A DNA stretch of 64,000 nucleotides from Gemmatimonadales bacterium (GTDB taxonomy: Bacteria > Gemmatimonadota > Gemmatimonadetes > Gemmatimonadales > GWC2-71-9): assembly GCA_041602035.1 (NCBI GenBank), contig JBFIHA010000004.1, positions 71,888-135,887 of the forward strand, in the 5' to 3' direction. A program made the translations under genes and the position numbers. A model generated the notes under the pieces. The model did no database searches. It was given only the letters and a program-made list of their open reading frames with translations, and was not told the DNA's origin. This document shows, piece after piece, positions 21,452-28,903 of the stretch (positions are counted from its first letter, which is position 1; each line of letters begins with the position of its first letter).

Positions 21452-22882
21452 TCAGGATTCGCCCGTGTCCCCCGGCACACCGAGGTCCGTCATGGCCCGG
21501 AGATCCAACACGGCGTCCAGCTCCTGCGGCGGAAGCAGCCCCTTCTCTTCCACCAGTTCTCGCACCGTCAGGTTTCGGCGCACGGCCTCCTCCGCCAGTC
21601 TGGCCGCCTCGGCGTACCCGATGCGGGGAGCCAGCGCCGTCACGATTGCCGGACTCCGCTCCAGCCAGTAGGCGCATTGCTCCTCGTTGGCGACGATCCC
21701 CGCCACACACCGCTCGGCCAACAGCCGAGTGGCGTTTGCCAATATCTCGACCGAAAAGAGGAGGTTGTGGGCGATGACGGGCATCATGACGTTCAGCTCG
21801 AGCTGGCCCGCCTCGGCCGCGGCCGCCACCGTGACGTCGTTCCCGATGACTTGGAAGCAGACCATGTTGGTCATCTCTGCGATCACCGGGTTCACTTTTC
21901 CCGGCATGATGCTCGATCCCGGCTGCACGGCCGGCAGACGAATCTCGGCGAGACCTGTTCGCGGCCCGGACGATAGGAGACGTACGTCATTGGCGATTTT
22001 GCCGAGATCGACCGCATAACTCCGGAGCAAGCCACTCACCGCCGCGAAGTCCCCCATGGACTGCATCAGCTGCACGCGGTCTCCTCCCTCCCGCACCGGA
22101 AGTCCCGTGAGTTGCGCAAGCTCCTCCACCATGCGTGCCGGGTATGCCGGCTCGACATTGAGCCCCGTACCCACGGCGGACCCGCCAATGTTCAGCTCCT
22201 CGAGCCACGTCGATCCCTGATTCAGCCGATCGACATTGCGTTCGACCGTCATGCCGAAGGCGGCGAACTCCTGGCCCAAGCGGATCGGCGTGGCATCCTG
22301 GAGGTGCGTTCGTCCCGACTTCAACACATCGTCAAAGGCCCTTCCCCTGTCGAGAAGTGCGCCTGCCAAGAGGCCCATGCACTCCGTCAGCCGTGGCAGA
22401 CTCGCCAGCATCGCCAATCGGATCGCCGTCGGGATGGTGTCGTTGGTGCTCTGCGCCATGTTGACGTGATCGTTGGGATGGATCGGACGGTACTCTCCGC
22501 GTCGGCCTCCCAGCAGCTCGTTGGCGCGGTTGGCGAGCACCTCGTTCACGTTCATGTTGTGACTCGTTCCAGCCCCCGCCTGATATGGATCGATCACGAA
22601 CTGATCGCGATGGTCACCGGCCAGCACCTCGTCGGCGGCGCGGACGATCGCGTCTGCCAAGTCCGGCCCGAGCCGCCCGGTGCCGTGGTGAACCCGTGCC
22701 GCCGATCGCTTGATCCACACCATCGCGTCGACGAACCGGTGCATCGGGCGAAGTCCTGATACCGGGAAGTTCTGGACGGCACGTGCCGTCTGGATGCCGT
22801 ACAGGGCCTTCGCGGGCACCGGGAACTCGCCCAGGGAATCGCGCTCGACGCGCGTCCCGGAAGCTTTGGGTTCGTGGGCCAT
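21452..22882 (-). CDS. aspA: Aspartate ammonia-lyase (class II fumarase/aspartase family)
   Basis: 476 aa. Has the GSSIMPGKVNPV signature. QAGAGTSHNMNVNEVLANRA...GEYRPIHPNDHVNMAQSTND is closer to the aspartase pattern than to FumC. Confidence 0.75.
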   Translation of the reverse strand: MAHEPKASGTRVERDSLGEFPVPAKALYGIQTARAVQNFPVSGLRPMHRFVDAMVWIKRSAARVHHGTGRLGPDLADAIVRAADEVLAGDHRDQFVIDPYQAGAGTSHNMNVNEVLANRANELLGGRRGEYRPIHPNDHVNMAQSTNDTIPTAIRLAMLASLPRLTECMGLLAGALLDRGRAFDDVLKSGRTHLQDATPIRLGQEFAAFGMTVERNVDRLNQGSTWLEELNIGGSAVGTGLNVEPAYPARMVEELAQLTGLPVREGGDRVQLMQSMGDFAAVSGLLRSYAVDLGKIANDVRLLSSGPRTGLAEIRLPAVQPGSSIMPGKVNPVIAEMTNMVCFQVIGNDVTVAAAAEAGQLELNVMMPVIAHNLLFSVEILANATRLLAERCVAGIVANEEQCAYWLERSPAIVTALAPRIGYAEAARLAEEAVRRNLTVRELVEEKGLLPPQELDAVLDLRAMTDLGVPGDTGES

Positions 22883-22884
22883 TT

Positions 22885-23445
22885 CTACCTCGTCACCTCG
22901 ACCCGCAGGGCATCGTTGAACCGGTTGAAGTAGCTGAAGAGGCCGGCGACCAACGTCACCTCGACGATCTCCTCTTCGTTCCAGTGTCGGGACAGCTCGC
23001 GATAATCCCGGTCAGTCACCGCGTGACCGCTGGCCGCGACGAGTTCACCGAACCGGAGCGCCGCCTTCCATCCCTCCCCCATCCCCTCGAGCGACGCCGG
23101 CACCGTGCTTTCGTCCTCCGGCGTTTCCACACGAACGGCCGAGATCCATGACTCCTGTGCGCCCAGCCGCCTTGCCAAGGCGGTGTGAGAGGCCAGTCAG
23201 TAGCGGCATCGGTTGATGGATGACACACGTACCGCCACCAACTCTTTGAGCAACGGGGGCACGTCGCCCTCGTTCATCACCGTCCGGAAATGTGCGATCA
23301 TGGTCTGCAGGTGCCGCGGTCGCGCGGCCACCGTCCGAAACATGTTCGGGATATTCCCCCGCTCGCGCAGGTAGGTCTCGAAGATCGCGCGCACGTCGCC
23401 GTCTACGTCATCGGGCCCACGGGGTCGAATACGGGGTTCGGTCAT
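22885..23445 (-). CDS. AhpD-like / carboxymuconolactone decarboxylase-family protein with in-frame TGA (23197-23199) at the second Cys of CxxC: candidate selenoprotein
   Basis: Track ORFs 23197..23553 and 22885..23178 are in the same frame. Reading through gives ...LKELVAVRVSSINRCRY-[TGA]-LASHTALARRLGAQ..., which fits the family motif C-x-x-C-x-x-x-H with TGA at the second Cys. The ATG at 23443-23445 gives MTEPRIRPRG. Confidence 0.7.
23167..23183 (-). promoter_or_regulatory. SECIS-like hairpin downstream of the AhpD-like UGA
   Basis: In the mRNA: CCGCCU-[UGGCA]-AGGCGG. 6-bp stem, with the apical loop at +23..+27 from the U of UGA. A possible lower stem pairs UGACU with AGUCA. Confidence 0.45.
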
Positions 23446-23459
23446 CGTGATGCGGCGTC

Positions 23460-23639
23460 CTAGTCGGAGCAGTCGCCCAGCGGGTAGGGGAAGCCGCAGT
23501 TGCGGCAGGGGTCCTTGCAGCCCCAGGGGCGCGCTGCGACCGGGAATCCGCACCGCAGACAGCGGAACAGCTCGTCGCCCAGGGGCGCCGGTGCCGCCGT
23601 ACCGCCCCCGACCCCGGATGTCGGCCGGGCCGTCGTCAC
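23460..23639 (-). CDS. Possible small (59 aa) Cys-rich zinc-ribbon-like protein
   Basis: GTG at 23637-23639, 7 nt after the MBL stop. The stop lies 14 nt before the AhpD-like ATG. Sequence ...LGDELFRCLRCGFPVAARPWGCKDPCRNCGFPYPLGDCSD. GC3 is very high. It fills an otherwise unexplained 180-nt gap in a tightly packed operon. Confidence 0.35.
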   Translation of the reverse strand: MTTARPTSGVGGGTAAPAPLGDELFRCLRCGFPVAARPWGCKDPCRNCGFPYPLGDCSD

Positions 23640-23646
23640 TCGCGGA

Positions 23647-24294
23647 TCAGGCAAGGGGAAACGCACCAGTGAGGAACGGATTCGACGCGCGTTCGCGACC
23701 CACTGTGGTTTCGGGACCGTGGCCGCAATACACGATGGTCTCGTCCGGGAGCGCCAGCAATTCCCGCCGGATGCTCTCCAGCAACGTCGTACCGTCACCA
23801 CCAGGAAGATCCACCCGGCCCACGGAGCCGGCGAACAGGGCGTCCCCGACAAAGGCAATCCCGTGACCCACGAACGCCACCGAGCCCGGGCTGTGACCGG
23901 GAACGTGCCGGACGGTGAACCGGTACGGTCCGACCGCGAGGGTGTCGCCCGCGTGAAGTTCGTGCTGCGGGGGCGGCGGTGGATCAACACGGATGCCGAA
24001 CCAGGCGCCTTGGCTCGCCGCGGCATCGTACAGCTGCCGATCCGCAGGATGGAGATACACTGGAACCGCTCGGCACTCGACCACGGCTGCCACCCCTTGG
24101 ATGTGATCGAGATGTGCGTGGGTCAACCAGACGGCACGGAGATCGAGGTGCTCTGATTCGAGTCGCTCGAGAAACAACTCGGCCTCTTCTCCAGGGTCGA
24201 CGATCACCGCATCCTGGCTCGCATCGTCCGCGATGATAAAGCCGTTCTCCTGAAACGCCCCCGTCGTGAGGCAGACAACCCTAGGATGCGCCAA
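23647..24294 (-). CDS. MBL-fold metallo-hydrolase (glyoxalase II / YcbL-like)
   Basis: Contains THAHLDHIQG, the HxHxDH motif, and VPGHSPGS. The start is uncertain: a TTG at 24292-24294 is proposed, while the ORF is open to 24384. Confidence 0.8.
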   Translation of the reverse strand: MAHPRVVCLTTGAFQENGFIIADDASQDAVIVDPGEEAELFLERLESEHLDLRAVWLTHAHLDHIQGVAAVVECRAVPVYLHPADRQLYDAAASQGAWFGIRVDPPPPPQHELHAGDTLAVGPYRFTVRHVPGHSPGSVAFVGHGIAFVGDALFAGSVGRVDLPGGDGTTLLESIRRELLALPDETIVYCGHGPETTVGRERASNPFLTGAFPLA

Positions 24295-25297
24295 TGCCGG
24301 CCGGCTCCCCGCGCTCCCGTTCGCGATCCTGGCGATCGACCAAGTACTTCTCCACGGCCATCGCCGCTGTCGTCGCGTCGCCAACCGCCGTCGTGATCTG
24401 ACGAACGAGCTGCACGCGGAGATCGCCGGCGGCGAACAGACCGGGAATCGACGTCATCATGTGACTGTCTGTGATGATGTACCCGCCAGCATCGTGGTCG
24501 AAGTGGCCTTTGATAAGTCCAGAATTCGGCGTGAACCCGATGAAGATGAACACTCCGCCAACGGGTAAGGTCGACTGCTCGCCCGTCTGCGTGTCCTTCA
24601 GGCGGAGTTGCGTCACACCTTTCGGGTCGCCCTCGACTTCCTCGACCACCCTGTTCCAGATCACCGCGATCTTTGGATTGGCGAGTGCGCGCTTCTGGAT
24701 GATCGGCGAGGCCCGAAGCTCGTCTCGCCGGTGAATGATGTACACCTTGGAGGCATAGCGCGTGAGGTAGTCGGCCTCCTCCACGGCGGCATCTCCACCT
24801 CCGATCACCGCCAGCACCTCGCCCTTGAAGAAGGCTCCGTCGCACACGGCACAGTACGAGACACCGCGTCCGGCAAACTCCTTCTCACCCGGGACGTCCA
24901 GTTTCCGCGGAGTGCCACCCGCCGTGATGATCACCGCCGGCGCCCGGTACTCCTTATCGAGCTGCGTGGTGACATCGAAGGTGCCGTCCGCTCGCTTGGC
25001 GATCGACTCCACCGTATCCATCACGAACTCGGCCCCGAACTTTTTGGCGTGATCAGCCATGCGCTGCGCCAGTTCGGGCCCCTTGATGCTCTCGAACCCG
25101 ATGTAGTCTTCGATCAGATCCGTGTTGAGGAGCTCACCACCCGGCATGCCGCGCTCGATCACGAGTGTTTTGAGCATCCCACGGCCCGCGTACATCGCTG
25201 CACAAAGCCCAGCGGGCCCCGCACCGACGATGATCACATCGTAGCCCTGTTCCGCGTCTCGGTCTTTCCGTTTCACGACTCCCTCGACTCCCATCAT
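24281..25297 (-). CDS. trxB: Thioredoxin-disulfide reductase
   Basis: From the internal ATG at 25297: MMGVEG...YDVIIVGAGPAGLCAAMYAGRG. Has the redox-active CAVCDG motif and a second Rossmann motif, AVIGGGDAAVEEA. Confidence 0.93.
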   Translation of the reverse strand: MMGVEGVVKRKDRDAEQGYDVIIVGAGPAGLCAAMYAGRGMLKTLVIERGMPGGELLNTDLIEDYIGFESIKGPELAQRMADHAKKFGAEFVMDTVESIAKRADGTFDVTTQLDKEYRAPAVIITAGGTPRKLDVPGEKEFAGRGVSYCAVCDGAFFKGEVLAVIGGGDAAVEEADYLTRYASKVYIIHRRDELRASPIIQKRALANPKIAVIWNRVVEEVEGDPKGVTQLRLKDTQTGEQSTLPVGGVFIFIGFTPNSGLIKGHFDHDAGGYIITDSHMMTSIPGLFAAGDLRVQLVRQITTAVGDATTAAMAVEKYLVDRQDRERERGEPAGIGAS

Positions 25298-25478
25298 AGT
25301 TCCGAGCTGTGTAGCATCGGTTCTCCAGCCTGCAGGCAGCATGCCGGTGCGTCGATCCCCGGCGATGCGACGGGCACGCCCGCTCCGGTGCCACCTCCTC
25401 AACAGCGGACGATCGGCTGACGTTCCCGTCGACCGTCGTAACCTATCACCGGTGGCCGCTGGAACGTGTCCGCGTTGC

Positions 25479-25919
25479 TCACTGCAGCGCGGCGAGCACC
25501 TCCTTGGCTCCGGGAGCGCCCCGGGCGGCAAATACCACGGTCCCGTCCCGATCGATCAGCACCACCGAGCGTTGGGTCTTCTGCCCGTCGGCCTTGAGGG
25601 CCCCGAACGTCCCCGTGGTCTCGCGATCCGGATCGCTCAGCAACGGGAACGGGAGCTTGAGCTTGGATGCGTAACGACCGTGGGCCTCGACGCCCGCCGG
25701 GTTGACGCCAAATGGCTGCACGTCCTGCTTCCGAAATCGCTCGATCTCATCGCGCACGGCGGAGAGTTGGCGGTTTCACCCCGGCGTGTTGTTCCCAGGA
25801 TAAAACACCAAGAACACGCGTGAGCCCTGCAACACGTCCGACAGCCGATACCGCTTCCCATCCGACGCGTCTAATGCGAAGTCCGGGGCGGCCTCCCCGA
25901 CGGTAATGAGGTCGGTCAT
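25479..25919 (-). CDS. Bcp-type peroxiredoxin with in-frame TGA (25776-25778) at the peroxidatic Cys: candidate selenocysteine peroxiredoxin
   Basis: Track ORFs 25776..25976 and 25479..25757 share a frame. Reading through gives MTDLITVGEAAPDFAL...VFLVFYPGNNTPG-[TGA]-NRQLSAVRDEIERFRKQDVQPFGVNP...PFPLLSDPD...VVLIDRDG, against the family consensus FYPxxxTPGCTxE. The ATG at 25917-25919 overlaps the PHP gene stop (ATGA). Confidence 0.75.
25745..25765 (-). promoter_or_regulatory. SECIS-like hairpin downstream of the peroxiredoxin UGA
   Basis: In the mRNA, +14..+34 from the U of UGA: UCUC-CGC-[CGUGC]-GCG-(AU bulge)-GAGA. The apical loop has GU at +22/+23. Confidence 0.45.
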
Positions 25920-26761
25920 CCTACCTCCTCGACTGAGATGCGTTGCTGGTGAAGGTACTCGATGTCGTTCAGCCACTGTGCTGGAACGGTGATGCTTCCA
26001 AGTGGCGCTCGATTCGGCTCGTCCGCGTCATCGCCGTGCCAATCAGTTCCACCCGTCCGCACCATACCCAGTGCGCCCGTGAGGTGCTCGATTTCTGTTC
26101 CGCGGCGGTCGTCGTGCAACGGATGCCGTACCTCCGCTCCGTCGACTCCGCGGGCGCGCAGCGACGCAAGACCGCGACGCGTCGCCCGGGAGCCTAGGTG
26201 CGCCGCCGACGTGACCCCCCCGAGCGAGCGGACCAGCCCCGTGACTTCCCGAACGCTGGGGAGGTCTTTGGGGACGAACGCAGGACGCCGAGAGCCGAGG
26301 AAGCGGTGGAACGCTTCGGGGATGTCGGCGACGTGACCGCCGCGAACCAACACCCTGGCGACGTGGGGTCGCCCGACCGCGCCGGCTCCGGCGGCGGACT
26401 CGACGTCCTCGAAGGAGACCGGAACTCCCAGCTCGCGGAGTCGGTCCACCATCTGCTGGGCCCGCACCACGCGCTTGCCCCGCTTGTCCGCGAGGAAGGC
26501 TTCGAGTCGAGGCTCCCCAAGTGGGAGGAAGTACGCTAGGAGATGCATCTCCCCCCACGGAGCCGCCACCGAGAACTCACATCCGGCGATGACCCGCACC
26601 CCCAGACGGCCCCCTTCGGCCTCCGCGTCGGCCAGGCCGGCCAGCGTGTCGTGGTCTGTCAGGGCGATGACCGAAAGCCCGTGTGCCGCCGCACGTCGCG
26701 CCACCTCCGTCGGCGGACATGCACCGTCGGAGGCGCTCGAATGCATGTGCAAGTCGATCAC
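25916..26761 (-). CDS. PHP-domain metal-dependent phosphoesterase (TrpH/YciV-like)
   Basis: MIDLHMHSSASDGACPP...IALTDHDTLAG; 281 aa. Confidence 0.85.
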   Translation of the reverse strand: MIDLHMHSSASDGACPPTEVARRAAAHGLSVIALTDHDTLAGLADAEAEGGRLGVRVIAGCEFSVAAPWGEMHLLAYFLPLGEPRLEAFLADKRGKRVVRAQQMVDRLRELGVPVSFEDVESAAGAGAVGRPHVARVLVRGGHVADIPEAFHRFLGSRRPAFVPKDLPSVREVTGLVRSLGGVTSAAHLGSRATRRGLASLRARGVDGAEVRHPLHDDRRGTEIEHLTGALGMVRTGGTDWHGDDADEPNRAPLGSITVPAQWLNDIEYLHQQRISVEEVG

Positions 26762-27051
26762 GTGTGCGGCACGGAATCTCTCGCGCCGTACGCGATCTCC
26801 GGGCTCATCGCCCCAGGCTGTGATTGCCGAAAGAGCTCGAGCAGTTGCAGACCGGTCAACTCCTGCAGTGCCACATCCCAGCGTCGCGTTCCGATTGGCG
26901 AGTAACGGGTGACCCGGCGCACGCGGTCCGGGCCCGACCCCTTCTCAAACACTAACCCGAACTCGTCACGGTCGTACGCCGTCACACGGCCCGAGGGATA
27001 GACCTGCCACATCTCGCCGTCGACCTCGATCGTTCGTCGCGCCATGCTCAC
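26758..27051 (-). CDS. Hypothetical protein (97 aa)
   Basis: Overlaps both neighbouring genes by 4 nt, which suggests translational coupling. No recognisable motif. Confidence 0.5.
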   Translation of the reverse strand: MSMARRTIEVDGEMWQVYPSGRVTAYDRDEFGLVFEKGSGPDRVRRVTRYSPIGTRRWDVALQELTGLQLLELFRQSQPGAMSPEIAYGARDSVPHT

Positions 27052-28379
27052 ACCGCTCCCTCAGAGAACGCCTCGAGATCCTGCTTCACGTCAGCCATGA
27101 ACCGGTCCGCGTCGGCGCCATCGACAATGCGATGGTCGTACGAGATGGACAGGAGCCCCATGGTCCGAATCGCCATCACATCCTGACCGTCTTCGAGGGT
27201 GAGCACCTTGGGGCGCTTCTCGATCGAGCCGATACCAAGGATGGCCACCTGCGGCTGGCTGATGATGGGTGCTCCCGCGTAGGAGCCGAACACCCCCGGA
27301 TTCGTGATCGTGAAGGTCCCCTGCTGCACCTCATCAGGCGACAGGCGTTTGACGCGGGCCCGTTCGGCGAGATCCGCCACCTTCTTGGCGATTCCAAGCA
27401 AGGACAACTCGTCTGCATGCTTCAACACGGGGACGATGAGGCCCCAATCGAGCGCCACGGCGATACCGATGTTGATGGACTTCCGATAGATGATGGCGTC
27501 GCCGCTGACCGACGCGTTGAGCACGGGATGCTTCCGCAGATTGTCGGCGATGACCTTGATGATGAACGTCAGGTAGGTCGGGTTCGCCCCGCGCTCCTGG
27601 TAGTCTTTCTTGATTCGAGCCCGGAGCCGGGCGACCTCGGTGTAGTCGATCTCATAGTAGCTCGTAACGTGCGCGGATACCCGCCGCGACAGCACCATGT
27701 GATCTGCCGTGAGCTTCCGGATCCGGCTCATCGGCACCACTTGGTCCCCCGGCCAGGGCTCGACCGAGGGGTGGGTAACGGTACCGGCGGACGGTGCCGC
27801 CGCGGGCGCCGCGGGCGCTGCCGCCGGGGCGCGATGCTCCCCGCGCTCGATGAACTCGAGGATGTCCTTCTTCGTCACCCGGCCCCCATGGCCCGACCCC
27901 TCCACTCGTCCGATATCGACACCGTGCTCCGCGGCGATCTTCCGGACCAGGGGAGTGGACCGCCGACGCAGCCGCTCCTCGGCATTTTCGTCGCCAGCAG
28001 GCGCTTTGGGGGGGGTACTCGGTGGCGCGGGGGCGGCCGCCGGCGCCGGCGTGGGCGTCTCGGCCGGCTTCGGGGCGGGCGTGGCAGCAGCCTCCGCCGG
28101 CGGCGGTGCGGGCGGCGCCGAGCCGGCAACCCCCGCGCCATCAGTATCAATCACCGCGATCACGGTCTGGACGGCGACCGTCTCGCCCTCACCGACCTTG
28201 ATCTCCGCCAGCACGCCGGCCGTGGGTGCAGGGATCTCGGCATCTACTTTGTCCGTCGAAATCTCCAGGATGGCCTCGTCTCGCTTCACCGAGTCCCCCA
28301 CCTGCTTGAGCCACCGCGACACGGTGCCTTCGGCGATGGACTCGCCCATCTGAGGCATGATCACATCGACACGCGCCAT
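27048..28379 (-). CDS. 2-oxoacid dehydrogenase E2 (dihydrolipoamide acyltransferase)
   Basis: Lipoyl domain (EISTDKVDAEIPAP), Ala/Pro linker, E3/E1-binding domain (PLVRKIAAEHGVD) and a catalytic domain with DHRIVDGA. Confidence 0.92.
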   Translation of the reverse strand: MARVDVIMPQMGESIAEGTVSRWLKQVGDSVKRDEAILEISTDKVDAEIPAPTAGVLAEIKVGEGETVAVQTVIAVIDTDGAGVAGSAPPAPPPAEAAATPAPKPAETPTPAPAAAPAPPSTPPKAPAGDENAEERLRRRSTPLVRKIAAEHGVDIGRVEGSGHGGRVTKKDILEFIERGEHRAPAAAPAAPAAAPSAGTVTHPSVEPWPGDQVVPMSRIRKLTADHMVLSRRVSAHVTSYYEIDYTEVARLRARIKKDYQERGANPTYLTFIIKVIADNLRKHPVLNASVSGDAIIYRKSINIGIAVALDWGLIVPVLKHADELSLLGIAKKVADLAERARVKRLSPDEVQQGTFTITNPGVFGSYAGAPIISQPQVAILGIGSIEKRPKVLTLEDGQDVMAIRTMGLLSISYDHRIVDGADADRFMADVKQDLEAFSEGAV

Positions 28380-28475
28380 CCCTGCTCTCCTACGTCAGCC
28401 GCCCGGGCCGGGCTCGGGGGATTTGATCCATGCAAGCATCGATTCGGATACGAAGCGCGGGTCGGGTCGCCGCAT

Positions 28476-28883
28476 ATGTGTCACATGCAGCCGGTACCGA
28501 CCCTGGCGACGAGCGTCACGTGGTTCCACGTCACGTGGGCAACACGTCACCGCCGCCGGACGTTTAAGATACGTGGGCTCCGACGATTCTGCGAGCGCGT
28601 CATTCACCAACGGTGCGCCGGTCGGACGTGGCGGATTGCGCAGGTGTGCGTGACGCCGCACCGGGTGCACGTGCTCGTGAAGACCGACCCGGGCGCCTGT
28701 CGGCGAACCATGTTAGCGGAGGTGCGCTCCTGCGTGGCGACGGCAGTGGAGCGCAGCGGCGCGGCGCGGTTACTGCGCGGACCACTGTGGGACGAGCGAT
28801 CGTGGTGCTCCGCGCTCACGGGCCCGGCACAGGTCGCGCGGGTTCGACGGGCCCTGGCCAGCCGAACGGAGACCTGCGGATAA
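28476..28883 (+). CDS. IS200/IS605-type Y1 transposase (TnpA)-like protein with degenerate catalytic motifs
   Basis: This is the 3' part of track ORF 27132..28883: MCHMQPVPTLATSVTWFHVTWATRHRRRTF...TPHRVHVLVKTDP...LWDERSWCSALTG. It resembles yHivw.tKyRr / DHVHLLV / LWsrsYF. The first His of the HUH motif appears to be Arg, and the catalytic Tyr position is Ser/Trp. A/T-ending codons are more frequent than in neighbouring genes. Confidence 0.6.
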   Translation: MCHMQPVPTLATSVTWFHVTWATRHRRRTFKIRGLRRFCERVIHQRCAGRTWRIAQVCVTPHRVHVLVKTDPGACRRTMLAEVRSCVATAVERSGAARLLRGPLWDERSWCSALTGPAQVARVRRALASRTETCG

Positions 28884-28903
28884 CGGGCAAAAGCCAGGAA
28901 TCA

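Noticed and set aside
22885-23553. Reading the split AhpD-like ORFs (and the split peroxiredoxin ORFs 25479..25976) as pseudogenes or separate small genes.
   Set aside because: In both cases the single stop is TGA, lies in frame and sits exactly on the catalytic Cys codon. Both flanks retain family similarity and high GC3, and a hairpin follows at SECIS distance. The 'downstream ORF' starts (TTG at 23178, GTG at 25757) are just internal codons. Pseudogenisation remains the fallback if the genome lacks Sec machinery.
23640-24026. 188-aa minus-strand ORF 23460..24026 as a real gene.
   Set aside because: Its 5' two-thirds overlap the MBL hydrolase gene out of frame. Only the final 59 codons, downstream of the MBL stop, are kept as a candidate small ORF.
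22885-25976. Genome-wide reassignment of TGA, as in code 4 or code 25, to explain the in-frame TGAs.
   Set aside because: Many genes in the window clearly terminate at TGA, including the ATGA/GTGA stop-start overlaps at 15433, 25916, 33466, 41662 and 49830. TGA is therefore a normal stop here, and recoding must be site-specific.
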